Assembly (NCBI GenBank): GCA_963665095.1
Contig: OY762069.1
Span: 6,464,001 to 6,528,000 of the forward strand
Reading direction: 5' to 3'
Length of the DNA: 64,000 nt
Source: an uncultured Desulfobacter sp.
Lineage (GTDB): Bacteria > Desulfobacterota > Desulfobacteria > Desulfobacterales > Desulfobacteraceae
The translations under genes and the position numbers were made by a program. Under the pieces are notes generated by a model. That model saw nothing but the letters and a program-made list of their open reading frames with translations, had not been told where the DNA came from and did no database searches. Positions 1 to 9,187 of this stretch are shown piece by piece. Every line of letters starts with the position of its first letter. Positions within the stretch are counted from its first letter, which is position 1.

Positions 1-283
1 GCGTGATCTCTTCTGTCGTCATGGCCGCTGCATCGGGCGTTTCCATGAGGAACGGCTCCCGGGAAAACCCCTCAATAGTTTCCAGGATCATCTCCGTGAC
101 ATTTTCCCGGCGGACCCGGCGGACCTCAGAAATGCGTTTTTGGGCGGCCTTGGCAAGGGCCTGTATATCCTTCTTCATCTCTGCACAATGGGGCAGGGCC
201 AGCACCTGATTATAAATTTCCAGCTGCTGTGTTTCGATCTCTTCGGCAAAGCTTAAAATACTTCCAAAATTGACCAGGGGCAT
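1..283 (-). CDS. Partial hypothetical helical protein, possibly ferritin/rubrerythrin-like; runs off the window edge and is absent from the ORF track
   Basis: Manual translation from ATG at 283: MPLVNFGSILSFAEEIETQQLEIYNQVLALPHCAEMKKDIQALAKAAQKRISEVRRVRRENVTEMILETIEGFSREPFLMETPDAAAMTTEEIT..., open to base 1. GAGGA RBS upstream; starts 35 bp after the mmsA stop. Confidence 0.75.
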   Translation of the reverse strand, partial: MPLVNFGSILSFAEEIETQQLEIYNQVLALPHCAEMKKDIQALAKAAQKRISEVRRVRRENVTEMILETIEGFSREPFLMETPDAAAMTTEEIT

Positions 284-318
284 ATTATCCTCTTTTATAT
301 ATAAGTTCGGGTAACCTG

Positions 319-1779
319 TTAAAAATATCTTTCAATGACCACTTTGGTGTCAGTGAAAAACTGGAAGATCTCCCGGCCATGGCCTTTGATATCGCCGAAC
401 ATGGAGTTCCCTGAGCCGCCAAAGGGAAAAAAACTCATGGGGGCGGCAATCCCGATGTTGACACCGATCATGCCGGGGTTGGCCTCCACGCGCAGTTTTC
501 TCACAGCTGCCGCATTCTGTGTGTAGATACAGGCTGCGTTAGCAAAATTCCGGGTGTTGATCAGGCTGATGACATCATCTAAAGTCGGGGTGCGCACGAT
601 ACTTACCACAGGCCCGAAAATTTCTTCCTTTGCAATGGTCATGTCCGGGGTGACATTGTCAAAAACAGTGGGGCCCACAAAAAAACCGTCAGGATAGCCG
701 TCCACGGTAAAATTACGGCCGTCCAGGAGAAGATCCGCACCCTCTTCAATGCCTTTTTCAATATATCCCAGGATGCGCTCCCGGTGGGCCTGGCTCACAA
801 CCGGGCCCATGGCGTTTTTTTCATCCAGCCCGTGGCCTACGCTCATCGCTTTTGTGCGGGTGATAAATTTTTCGATGAACGCGTCTGTAAAAGCATTGTC
901 CCCCACTGGTGCCAGAATTGAGCCGGAAAGGCACCTTTGGCCGGCGCACCCGAAAAAGGAGGTGATCAAAGAGGGCATGCCCGCATCCACGTTGGCATCC
1001 GGCATGACTGCCACAATGTTTTTGGCACCGCCCAGGGCCTGAACCCGTTTGCCTGTGGCACCGCACCGTTCATAAATGTATTTTGCCGTGGGCGTGGACC
1101 CCACAAAGGAGATACCCTGGATATCCGGATGGTCCAGCATGGCATTGACCACATCACGGGAGCCGTTTACCATGTTGACCACACCTTCGGGGAATCCCAC
1201 ATCATCAATGACCTCAAAAATACGACTCTGGGTCATGGGTACCTGCTCCGACGGTTTTACCACATACGTGTTTCCGGTGACCAGGGCATAGGGCAGAAAC
1301 CACCAGGGGACCATGGCCGGGAAGTTGTAGGGCGCGATGCATCCAAACACCCCCATGGGCTGGCGATAGAGGGAGGAATCAATGCCCTTGGCAATATCTT
1401 CCAGGCAGTAGCCTGTCATCATGGTGGTGACACCTGTGGCATGCTCAATGTTTTCAATCATCCGGCGCACTTCGCCACGGGCCTCATCAATGGCCTTGCC
1501 CTGTTCCGTGGTCAGTACCCGGGCAATATCCTCAAAGGCTTCTTCAAACGCATCTTTCAGCCGGAAAAGGTATCTGGCCCGGCTCAGCGGCGGGGTCTGG
1601 CTCCACTCCTGAAACGCCGCCTTTGCCGCCGTTACTGCCAGGTCCACATCCTCTTTTGTTCCGTAAGGCACAACGGCAATTTTTTCACCCAGAGCAGGGT
1701 TCCAGATATCCCCTGTCTTGTTACTGTTGGAATCAACCCATTCCCCATCAATGTAGTTTTTGATTCTTGGTAAGCTCAT
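319..1779 (-). CDS. mmsA: CoA-acylating (methyl)malonate-semialdehyde dehydrogenase
   Basis: ALDH motifs PYNFPAMVP, KPSE, SFVGST, QALGGAKN, catalytic GCAGQRC, EEIFGPV and GVNIGIAAP...FPFGG typical of MmsA/IolA. Confidence 0.9.
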   Translation of the reverse strand: MSLPRIKNYIDGEWVDSNSNKTGDIWNPALGEKIAVVPYGTKEDVDLAVTAAKAAFQEWSQTPPLSRARYLFRLKDAFEEAFEDIARVLTTEQGKAIDEARGEVRRMIENIEHATGVTTMMTGYCLEDIAKGIDSSLYRQPMGVFGCIAPYNFPAMVPWWFLPYALVTGNTYVVKPSEQVPMTQSRIFEVIDDVGFPEGVVNMVNGSRDVVNAMLDHPDIQGISFVGSTPTAKYIYERCGATGKRVQALGGAKNIVAVMPDANVDAGMPSLITSFFGCAGQRCLSGSILAPVGDNAFTDAFIEKFITRTKAMSVGHGLDEKNAMGPVVSQAHRERILGYIEKGIEEGADLLLDGRNFTVDGYPDGFFVGPTVFDNVTPDMTIAKEEIFGPVVSIVRTPTLDDVISLINTRNFANAACIYTQNAAAVRKLRVEANPGMIGVNIGIAAPMSFFPFGGSGNSMFGDIKGHGREIFQFFTDTKVVIERYF

Positions 1780-2061
1780 GAGATGCTCTCCCTGCTGGTT
1801 TATTGGTTAACTAAAGGGTTAGATTTTCGAATTGTGAAAATGTAACATGTAACTATGTCGATATGCGTATAAAATCGATGATAATCTACGAGTATCGAAT
1901 ATTTGTTTTTAGGCTGCCAAAAGTGTAATGTCAATAGAAAAGATATTCGATATTCGAATATTTATGGCTTAGATTTTACTTAACTTGAAAAATATGTTTA
2001 AAAATTCACGAATTCTGTATAATCATAGGGCGTATAGTTTGGAACATAAAAGGATATCAGT

Positions 2062-2559
2062 ATGAAAAAGAACAAACCTCTTGATCGTCCCCTTGATCGC
2101 ATTGACCGCGGTATTATAAAGCTGCTCCAGAAGGACGGGCGAATATCCAATACAGACATGGCAAAAGAGATTGATGTGTCGGAAGCCACCGTCAGAACAC
2201 GTTTGAGCAAACTGATTGAGGATGAGATCATTCAGATTGTTGCCGTGAGCAATCCGCTCAAGCTTGGGTTCAATGTGGTGGGACATTTGAGAATTCATGT
2301 GGAGATCGGCCAGGTCGAGCAGGTGGCGGCCCAGCTTAAAAATATTCAGGCTTTATGGTTTATTGTTATTACTGTCGGGGCCTCCACCGGCATTGATGCA
2401 GAATTTAACGTGGAATCCATGGCGGATCTCAATGAACTGGTGCTGACGCAGGTGGGAAATATTTCCGGCGTACAGCGCGTGGAAACTACACTGACCATGG
2501 ATTTTGTCAAAAGAAGATATAACTGGGGTACGGGCCTTGACAGCAGCGTCGGAAATTAA
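2062..2559 (+). CDS. Lrp/AsnC family transcriptional regulator
   Basis: N-terminal HTH (DRIDRGIIKLLQKDGRISNTDMAKEIDVSEATVRTRL) plus C-terminal RAM domain; divergent from mmsA. Confidence 0.92.
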   Translation: MKKNKPLDRPLDRIDRGIIKLLQKDGRISNTDMAKEIDVSEATVRTRLSKLIEDEIIQIVAVSNPLKLGFNVVGHLRIHVEIGQVEQVAAQLKNIQALWFIVITVGASTGIDAEFNVESMADLNELVLTQVGNISGVQRVETTLTMDFVKRRYNWGTGLDSSVGN

Positions 2560-2600
2560 GTCCTGGCTTTATGTTTTGAGTTTCAATGGCCTCCTGAAAA

Positions 2601-3596
2601 TCATAGCTCCAAAAGGGTTCCGGCCTCAAGGGTCTGGTACCTGGCACCAAAGGCTTTTGAAAATTTGTCAATGGCCCAGTCTGAGCTGTCGTGGGCAGAG
2701 ACCGCCACAAGCGCCGGGTTGTGTTTCTTTAGGATTTCAATGGTTCTGAATACATCATCCTTATTCAGCCCGTTCCAGGGCATGCGGTCCGAGCCCACGA
2801 TGTTCTGGAGATTCAAAGGACCCAGGTTCATTCTTCCCCCGTGAACCGGCAGGTGTATGCCGCCAATGACCGCATATACAGGGGTATCAAACATTTTTAT
2901 GGCCCTGTTAAGAATGACCTCAACCGTGGGATGACCGCAGCCAATGACAACAACAAGACCCTTGGACTCCAGGTTGAACACCACAGACTGTTCCAGGGTA
3001 TATCCCAGAAGAAAAAGGGAGGCTGGCAAAGGGCCTGTAAGGGCTATGCCCTTTCCAATGAGAAGTGGCCGGTCCGTGGTTACAGGGCAGGGGCCCGGAT
3101 TGCCGGGGGCGCATTCAATGGGCTCAGGGGCCCATACCGGCACGGCCGGCAGTGCTGTCCGTCCCCTGGAAAGGCTGAAAACCCGTTGCTTTTCCTCCCG
3201 GATGCCCCCCACATGGTCCTCGTGAATATGGCTGATGATAATGCCGTCCAGCGTTACCGGGTCCACGCCTGCTTTTTTCATATTTAAAACCAGAGGAGAG
3301 GGGTGCTCTCTTTTGGCATTTGCCCCCACATCCATGAGCAGGCAGGTGGCATCGGCCCGGATCATATAGGATACGCCTGCCTCGGTGGCATAATCTGTTT
3401 TGCCATAGTATTCCACCAGTGGCATAAGGGTAAATCTCTTAATCGATCCAGGCGCCTTAAATGGGGTGACCACTGTTTGGCCAAGTTCCCGGGCCACCCT
3501 TTTATTGGTGCTTTTAAGCCTGATGTACAGGATGGCGATACCGGCTGCCGATAGGCCAATAATGCCTGCTGAAAGCCAAACCATCGTTGTCAGCAT
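2601..3596 (-). CDS. Membrane-anchored MBL-fold metallo-hydrolase
   Basis: N-terminal TM segment; LLMDVG, SHIHEDHVGG (HxHxDH), GCGHP and GGIHL motifs. Confidence 0.85.
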   Translation of the reverse strand: MLTTMVWLSAGIIGLSAAGIAILYIRLKSTNKRVARELGQTVVTPFKAPGSIKRFTLMPLVEYYGKTDYATEAGVSYMIRADATCLLMDVGANAKREHPSPLVLNMKKAGVDPVTLDGIIISHIHEDHVGGIREEKQRVFSLSRGRTALPAVPVWAPEPIECAPGNPGPCPVTTDRPLLIGKGIALTGPLPASLFLLGYTLEQSVVFNLESKGLVVVIGCGHPTVEVILNRAIKMFDTPVYAVIGGIHLPVHGGRMNLGPLNLQNIVGSDRMPWNGLNKDDVFRTIEILKKHNPALVAVSAHDSSDWAIDKFSKAFGARYQTLEAGTLLEL

Positions 3597-3626
3597 GGTT
3601 TTCCCCTCTGGTATTCAAAATACGGT

Positions 3627-4499
3627 TTATATTTTTAGAACTTTTCTGGCATTTCCCCCCAGCCATTTTTTCTTTACTTCCTCTTTCAGGGGAAGTCCCA
3701 TAATGCCTTCAACACCGTTTTTAAACTGGCAGGCAGGCCAGGCCGTTCCAAACAGGACCCTGTCCTGGAGAAGGCTGTTGCCGTAACACAAAAGGGTCTC
3801 CCATCCGCTCCCGGGCTTGGCCATATAGGCCGGGTTTATGGCTGAAATATCCATGTACACGTTGTCATGGCGCCAGAGTACCGCCATGAGTTCATTCACC
3901 CATGGCCAGCCGCCGTGTCCGGCGATGATAGTCAGCTCCGGGAAATGGCCTGCCACCTCATCCAGGTGGATGGGGCGGCCAAAGTCCATCTTGAGCTGCG
4001 GCACAAAATTCAGTGAGGAGTGGATCCACACCGGAATGTCCAGTTCAACACATTTGGCGTAAATGGGATAGTAGAGCTTGTGGTTGGAGCGAATTTTGTG
4101 GAGCCAGGGTTCCAGGCACAACGCTTTCATCCCCAGGTCCCTGACAGCATGTTCCAGCTCGTTCAACGCCTTCATCCCCTTATGGGGGTCAATCCCTGCC
4201 ATGCCGATGAAACGGTCCGGGGCTTTTGCTACAAATTCAGCTACCTTCTGGTTCGGGGTAAGCATTCCCATGGTGGTCATGGCGTCCTCGGCCGGCATGA
4301 CAGCCTTGTCCACGCCCGCTTCATCCATGAGGTGAAGCAGAACCCCACAGGGATCTGCCGCAAGAAATTCTATGGCCTGGCTTGTTGCAGAATACATTTT
4401 ATTGTATTTGGCAAAGGGACCTTCGGGATTGGCAAATCCCTCAATGGTTTCCTCAAGGGGAGGAATCACGCAAAGATCAATAATCATATCTTTTTCCAT
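3627..4499 (-). CDS. Amidohydrolase_2 family protein
   Basis: PDRFIGMAGIDP, YPIYAKCVELDIPVWIH, FPELTIIAGHGGWPW, NVYMDIS, RVLFGTAWP and GGNARKVL. Start taken at MEKDMII, just after the permease stop. Confidence 0.85.
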   Translation of the reverse strand: MEKDMIIDLCVIPPLEETIEGFANPEGPFAKYNKMYSATSQAIEFLAADPCGVLLHLMDEAGVDKAVMPAEDAMTTMGMLTPNQKVAEFVAKAPDRFIGMAGIDPHKGMKALNELEHAVRDLGMKALCLEPWLHKIRSNHKLYYPIYAKCVELDIPVWIHSSLNFVPQLKMDFGRPIHLDEVAGHFPELTIIAGHGGWPWVNELMAVLWRHDNVYMDISAINPAYMAKPGSGWETLLCYGNSLLQDRVLFGTAWPACQFKNGVEGIMGLPLKEEVKKKWLGGNARKVLKI

Positions 4500-4503
4500 T
4501 CTT

Positions 4504-5796
4504 TTATTTTCCTTTTCGTACAGCAAGATAATATAAAATTCCCAGAAGAATCCAGCCGGCAAAAATGCCCAGGGACCATGGCTTTAAAAGTGTCATGGAG
4601 ATAAGCCAGGTGGGCAGGGTTGCAATAATCGCCAGAACCGGTACCAGGGGATATAAAGAGATGCGGTAGGGCCTGTCCATTTCAGGCTCTTTTCTCCTTA
4701 AGGTCATGACTGAGACAGCCACCAGAACATAGCAGATGAGAACCGAAGAGGCTGCCGTGTCAAAAAGTGCAATGAGCTCGGTGAAATACGATCCCAGAAC
4801 CCCCATGATGCCAAGAAAGATCAATGCCACCCATGGGGTATGAAAACGGGGATGGACAAATGCGAGAAAACCAGGGATCTCGTTGTCCTTGGCCATGGCC
4901 ATGATCAGTCTGGAACCTCCCATCATAAAGGCGTTCATGGTGGTCAGCAGCCCGCAGATACCGGCCGCCAGAACGATGATCACGCCTTTTTCCCCCAAAG
5001 CGATCTTCACAGTATCCAGAATGGGAATCTCAGCCGTACTTTTTGCCATTTTTTCCCATGGTTCAAGGCCGGCATTCACCATCATGATGGCAATGTAAAA
5101 AAGAGCCACTGTAAGAATGGAGGCAGGAATCAGAAAGACCATCTTCCTTATGGGCGCATTGACCTCCTCTGCTGCCTGGGGCAGGATGTCAAACCCCATG
5201 AACGCCAGCATGGACAGGGGTACCATGAGAAAGACCCCGCCCCATCCCCTTCCCAGGACCGGCTGGTAATTGGCTATCTCTATTTTGGGCAGTGCGCAAA
5301 CTACATAGATGAAGATGCCGGCAAACAGGATCAGGGTAAAGGCGAACTGAACCCTGCCGGAAATTTTCACGCCCAGAAGGTTGACAAGGGTGAAGAACAC
5401 AGCGATGCCCGCGCCGGTGAGCGAGGGGGAGAGTCCCGGGTGAATGCCGTGGATGAGTTTGCCTAAAATGATACACTCGCCCGGCATCATGGCAGCGTAG
5501 GCCAGAATGAGTATCCAGCCTGCAAAAAAACCAAAGAATTTCCCCAGGCCTCTTTTCACATAGATATATTCTCCGCCGGCCTTTGGCATGGCAGAGCACA
5601 GTTCCGCATAACACAGCCCTATGAAAAGGCTGAATACGGCAGCCAGAGATATGGAGAGAATGACGGCAGGACCCGCCCTGTCCAGCATGACGTTGGCAAG
5701 TACGGCCCAGGCCATTCCGACCATGGCGCCGGTGATCAAAGTGAACATGGTTGCCAGGGTAAGTCCCCTGACCAGATTGTTTGTTTTTTCAGTCAT
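4504..5796 (-). CDS. APC family amino acid/amine permease
   Basis: About 12 TM segments; CYAELCSAMPKAGGEYIY, AFMGFD, SRLIMAMAKD...HPRFHTP and RPYR motifs. Confidence 0.92.
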   Translation of the reverse strand: MTEKTNNLVRGLTLATMFTLITGAMVGMAWAVLANVMLDRAGPAVILSISLAAVFSLFIGLCYAELCSAMPKAGGEYIYVKRGLGKFFGFFAGWILILAYAAMMPGECIILGKLIHGIHPGLSPSLTGAGIAVFFTLVNLLGVKISGRVQFAFTLILFAGIFIYVVCALPKIEIANYQPVLGRGWGGVFLMVPLSMLAFMGFDILPQAAEEVNAPIRKMVFLIPASILTVALFYIAIMMVNAGLEPWEKMAKSTAEIPILDTVKIALGEKGVIIVLAAGICGLLTTMNAFMMGGSRLIMAMAKDNEIPGFLAFVHPRFHTPWVALIFLGIMGVLGSYFTELIALFDTAASSVLICYVLVAVSVMTLRRKEPEMDRPYRISLYPLVPVLAIIATLPTWLISMTLLKPWSLGIFAGWILLGILYYLAVRKGK

Positions 5797-5817
5797 GACA
5801 CCACCTTTGTATGGATA

Positions 5818-7146
5818 TTATTCGTAGGCTTTCTCAAAGTATTCCACTTTATACTGGGACTTTTCAAAGGAGCTGGCCGGCACCCATTCTATCCGGGGGG
5901 TGAAAACCAGTTTTTCCCTGATTCCGGAGATGATTTTGCCTGACAGCATCTTCAGTTGCTCCGGGTCCATTCCTTCTGGCTGTTCCACCTTTATGGTGAT
6001 GTTCTCCCCAAAGGACGGGCCCTTGTGGGGAAGGACAATACGCATTTCAGAGTCCGGGCAGAAGGTCTGTATCAGCCCTTTCACGGCGCCCGGAAACACA
6101 TTGATGCCCTTGACCTTGATCATGTCATCGCTGCGGCCGATCACATGGAAGCGGAACCCGGTTCTGCCGCAGGGGCAGGGGGCTGTATAGACCCGTACCA
6201 TGTCCCTGACCCTGTAACGGATAACGGGTGTGGCCTCTCTGTTGATGGTGGTGAAAACAATCTCTCCTTCTGCCCCCTCTTCCATGGGCAGCGGTGCCAG
6301 GGTCTCGGGATCAATGAGTTCAGGGACCAGGGCGCCCTGGGCACAGAAGTGAAGGCCCTGGGAATGTCCGCATTCGGCTGCGATGTCTGCGCCTACATCT
6401 GCCAGACCGTAAAAGTTTCTTGCCGTAATGCCCCAGGTGGCCTCAATCTTCTCCCGCTCCTCTTCACTCAATGCTTCGCCCGCGAGAAATCCTTTCCTGA
6501 AACCTAGGTCCGATGGCGCCATTTTCAGGGTTTCTGTGACAACGTTGGCCAAAAAATGGGTGGCAGACGGCGTTGAAAACAGAACTGTGGGCCTGATTTC
6601 CCTGACAAGTTCCATGAATTTTTCCATGCCTGTACTCACAAAGGGCGCAGGCACAACCGTGATCCCCATGTATTCGGCACCTGAACATTCACTCAGTCCG
6701 CCGACGAAAAGGGTGAAATTGGCTGGATTAATCAGGACATCCTCGGGTCTCAGTCCCCCGGTCCAGGCATGGCGGGCAAACATTTCGTTCCACAGATTCA
6801 CGTCACTGCGGGTCAGCCCGATGAGAAGCGGGCGGCCGGTGGTGCCGGAGGTGCCCTGGATTCGGATGATATCCTTCATGTCTGCACATTGATGGCCGCC
6901 AAGCCCCCCGAAGGCTTCCTGGGTCTGTCTTAAATCCTCCTTGGTGGTAAAGGGGAACTTTTTTAAATCCTGCCTGGAGACGAAATCGTCCGGCCTGACA
7001 CCTGCCCCATTGAACTTCTCCCTGTAAAAGGGGGATTTTTCGTACACATAGGCAAGCTGCTCCTTCAACGCACTGGTTTCAAGCGCTTCTAACCGTTCAT
7101 GGGAAAGAGTCTCCATCTCCCGGTTCCAAAACAGTTTTTCCGTCAT
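5818..7146 (-). CDS. Phenylacetate-CoA ligase (PaaK)-like acyl-CoA ligase
   Basis: PFTTKEDLR, GTSGTTGRP, YGLAD, RYRVRD and GRSDDMIKVKGINVFP motifs; GGAGG RBS before MTEKLFW. Confidence 0.88.
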   Translation of the reverse strand: MTEKLFWNREMETLSHERLEALETSALKEQLAYVYEKSPFYREKFNGAGVRPDDFVSRQDLKKFPFTTKEDLRQTQEAFGGLGGHQCADMKDIIRIQGTSGTTGRPLLIGLTRSDVNLWNEMFARHAWTGGLRPEDVLINPANFTLFVGGLSECSGAEYMGITVVPAPFVSTGMEKFMELVREIRPTVLFSTPSATHFLANVVTETLKMAPSDLGFRKGFLAGEALSEEEREKIEATWGITARNFYGLADVGADIAAECGHSQGLHFCAQGALVPELIDPETLAPLPMEEGAEGEIVFTTINREATPVIRYRVRDMVRVYTAPCPCGRTGFRFHVIGRSDDMIKVKGINVFPGAVKGLIQTFCPDSEMRIVLPHKGPSFGENITIKVEQPEGMDPEQLKMLSGKIISGIREKLVFTPRIEWVPASSFEKSQYKVEYFEKAYE

Positions 7147-8614
7147 CTGCACCTCCTGTGTCTACTGCCTGGTTGATTTGTGAAATACGGGCTTCAATAT
7201 GATCATGAAAAGGGGGAAGCACATTGAAACTGCGTCCCTTTTCAAACATCTCAAGGGCTTTTTCCCACAGGCCGGCTCTTTGGAGGGCAACACCTGTAAA
7301 ATAGTAGACATTGGGCCACAGCCATTTGGGAAAAAAGGGCAACGCTTTGGCGTAATAGGTATCCAGCCGGGGCTTTTGAGACAGGATATTTTCAAATGAA
7401 ACAATGCTTTTTTTGAGGTGGTCCGCCCCATGGGGCAGGTCCATGAGAATTCTGGATTTCGCATATTGAATCAGGGTCTGCTGGTGCAGGTCTTCGGGCA
7501 TGTTTTCATCCGCCATGGACAGCTCATGAAGGCACAGATTTGTCAGACAAAGGATATCCCCTGGATCATTTGCTTCAAGTATGTCAAACAAATGCCAGAC
7601 GCCCAGGAAAGCTCTGCCTACAGCAAATTCCGGATTTTCACGGACAAGGGTCTCCATTTGCTGCTTCATGCGGGATGAGGCTTTGGACCCGGCGGAGAAC
7701 CTGCGGTACCAGATCCATCGGACCCGGGTTTCAAGATCGTCGGGCTCCTTTCTTATCACCCGGCGGAGCAGGCGAAGGGCGGTGTCAATGTCTCCAATGC
7801 ATGAATAGCCGATGGCAAGATCATTGAGGCGTCTGACGTCCGGTGTTCTGGGGACAAGTTTTTTTTCAATGGCCTGGAGCTGATCCATGATTTCCTGGGC
7901 AGGCAGGGCAAAACCCTCGTCGGCAGATGCCAGAAAGGCGTAATCAAGATCCTTTCTATGGCGTCCTAGAATTTCTGCCAGATGACGGGATCTTGTTTCC
8001 TGCATGAACCGATCAAGAAAGGTCTGAGACAGGGACTGGATTTCGTTGAAATCAGCTGCAGAATTTTTCAGGGCCCATCCGGTAAACGATCTGAATTCAA
8101 GATCCATGGTCTTTTTCACCAAAGACTCAATGGCACAAAGGGCGGAATAAAATTCCTCCCAAAAAACGCCTCTTTGGTTCAGCAGTCTGAAAAGCCGGAC
8201 AAGATCAGCACCAGCCCCGGAATATGCCTGGCTTTCCCCTTGATTGGTCTGAATCCACCTGTGTTTTTTCATGTCCCTGTGCACCCTGTCCGGAAGGTCA
8301 TCTAAGCGGCAGACCTCTTTTTTTTCTGTGGCCTCAGGTGTTGTTTGCACCGGGACAGATTCCAGGGCGCTGTAGTCGAATCCGTTTGACTCCAGGACCT
8401 GCCGGATCACAACCAGGGGCATGAATCTGTCGGTCTGGGCCTTTTTTATGGCCTGAATCTGGAAAATACTGTCCGGATGATACAGGGCCATATTTTTTCT
8501 CGCCTTCACAGGTTTTGAAATCAAACCCTCCTGAACATAAAACCGTATGGTTCGGGGAGTAACGTTGGCCTTCTGGGCCAACTGACTGATTTTGAGCAGA
8601 TTTTTATCTTCCAT
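7097..8614 (-). CDS. MerR-family HTH regulator with long helical/TPR-like C-terminus
   Basis: LKISQLAQKANVTPRTIRFYVQEGLI MerR HTH; TPR-like segments such as LNDLAIGYSCIGDIDTALRLLRRVIRKEP and YYFTGVALQRAGLWEKALEMFEKG. Confidence 0.8.
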   Translation of the reverse strand: MEDKNLLKISQLAQKANVTPRTIRFYVQEGLISKPVKARKNMALYHPDSIFQIQAIKKAQTDRFMPLVVIRQVLESNGFDYSALESVPVQTTPEATEKKEVCRLDDLPDRVHRDMKKHRWIQTNQGESQAYSGAGADLVRLFRLLNQRGVFWEEFYSALCAIESLVKKTMDLEFRSFTGWALKNSAADFNEIQSLSQTFLDRFMQETRSRHLAEILGRHRKDLDYAFLASADEGFALPAQEIMDQLQAIEKKLVPRTPDVRRLNDLAIGYSCIGDIDTALRLLRRVIRKEPDDLETRVRWIWYRRFSAGSKASSRMKQQMETLVRENPEFAVGRAFLGVWHLFDILEANDPGDILCLTNLCLHELSMADENMPEDLHQQTLIQYAKSRILMDLPHGADHLKKSIVSFENILSQKPRLDTYYAKALPFFPKWLWPNVYYFTGVALQRAGLWEKALEMFEKGRSFNVLPPFHDHIEARISQINQAVDTGGADDGKTVLEPGDGDSFP

Positions 8615-8739
8615 GACAGGCCTTATCTGGTTTTTTTATTTCACGTGTTACGTAATATAAAATTATAAAACCATAGTCAAGGCATGTTTTTTACACTGGG
8701 TCAGGAAATTATCGGAATGAATTTGAATAGAAAAGGGTA

Positions 8740-9147
8740 TTACATATCTTTGATATACGGTTCGATCATTTTCAGCTCATTGGGCCGGATCTGTCGCCAG
8801 GAAAAGGAGAATAAGGTTTTATCCGTCAGCTTTCTTGCAGGATTGAGGTGAGCCACCCGGATGGTGTCCCCCAACTCCACCCAAAGGGTCTTGTGGATAT
8901 CAAGGTCATACTCGTTGGACAGTTTTTCGGCAAAGGTGTGGATGCAGTTCTGCAGCGCCGTGTTCAGTGTCCCGTCGGTCTTGATTCCTTTCATGATAAC
9001 GGCCCGGGGAATAAGATACTGGACACCCCGGGATGCACTGCCAAGTTCTATAATTTTTACCCGGTATGCGCCGGGCCACCAGGTGATGGGCTGGGTGCCG
9101 TCGTGGCTTTTGCCGTCCCATTTATATGTGAAATCATGCAGAATCAT
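8740..9147 (-). CDS. Hypothetical protein
   Basis: 135-aa ORF with GGAGGGGAG RBS, co-oriented with neighbours; no motif recognised. Confidence 0.7.
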   Translation of the reverse strand: MILHDFTYKWDGKSHDGTQPITWWPGAYRVKIIELGSASRGVQYLIPRAVIMKGIKTDGTLNTALQNCIHTFAEKLSNEYDLDIHKTLWVELGDTIRVAHLNPARKLTDKTLFSFSWRQIRPNELKMIEPYIKDM

Positions 9148-9187
9148 GACTGATATCTCCCCTCCTGGATTACATTATGGACCCAGA

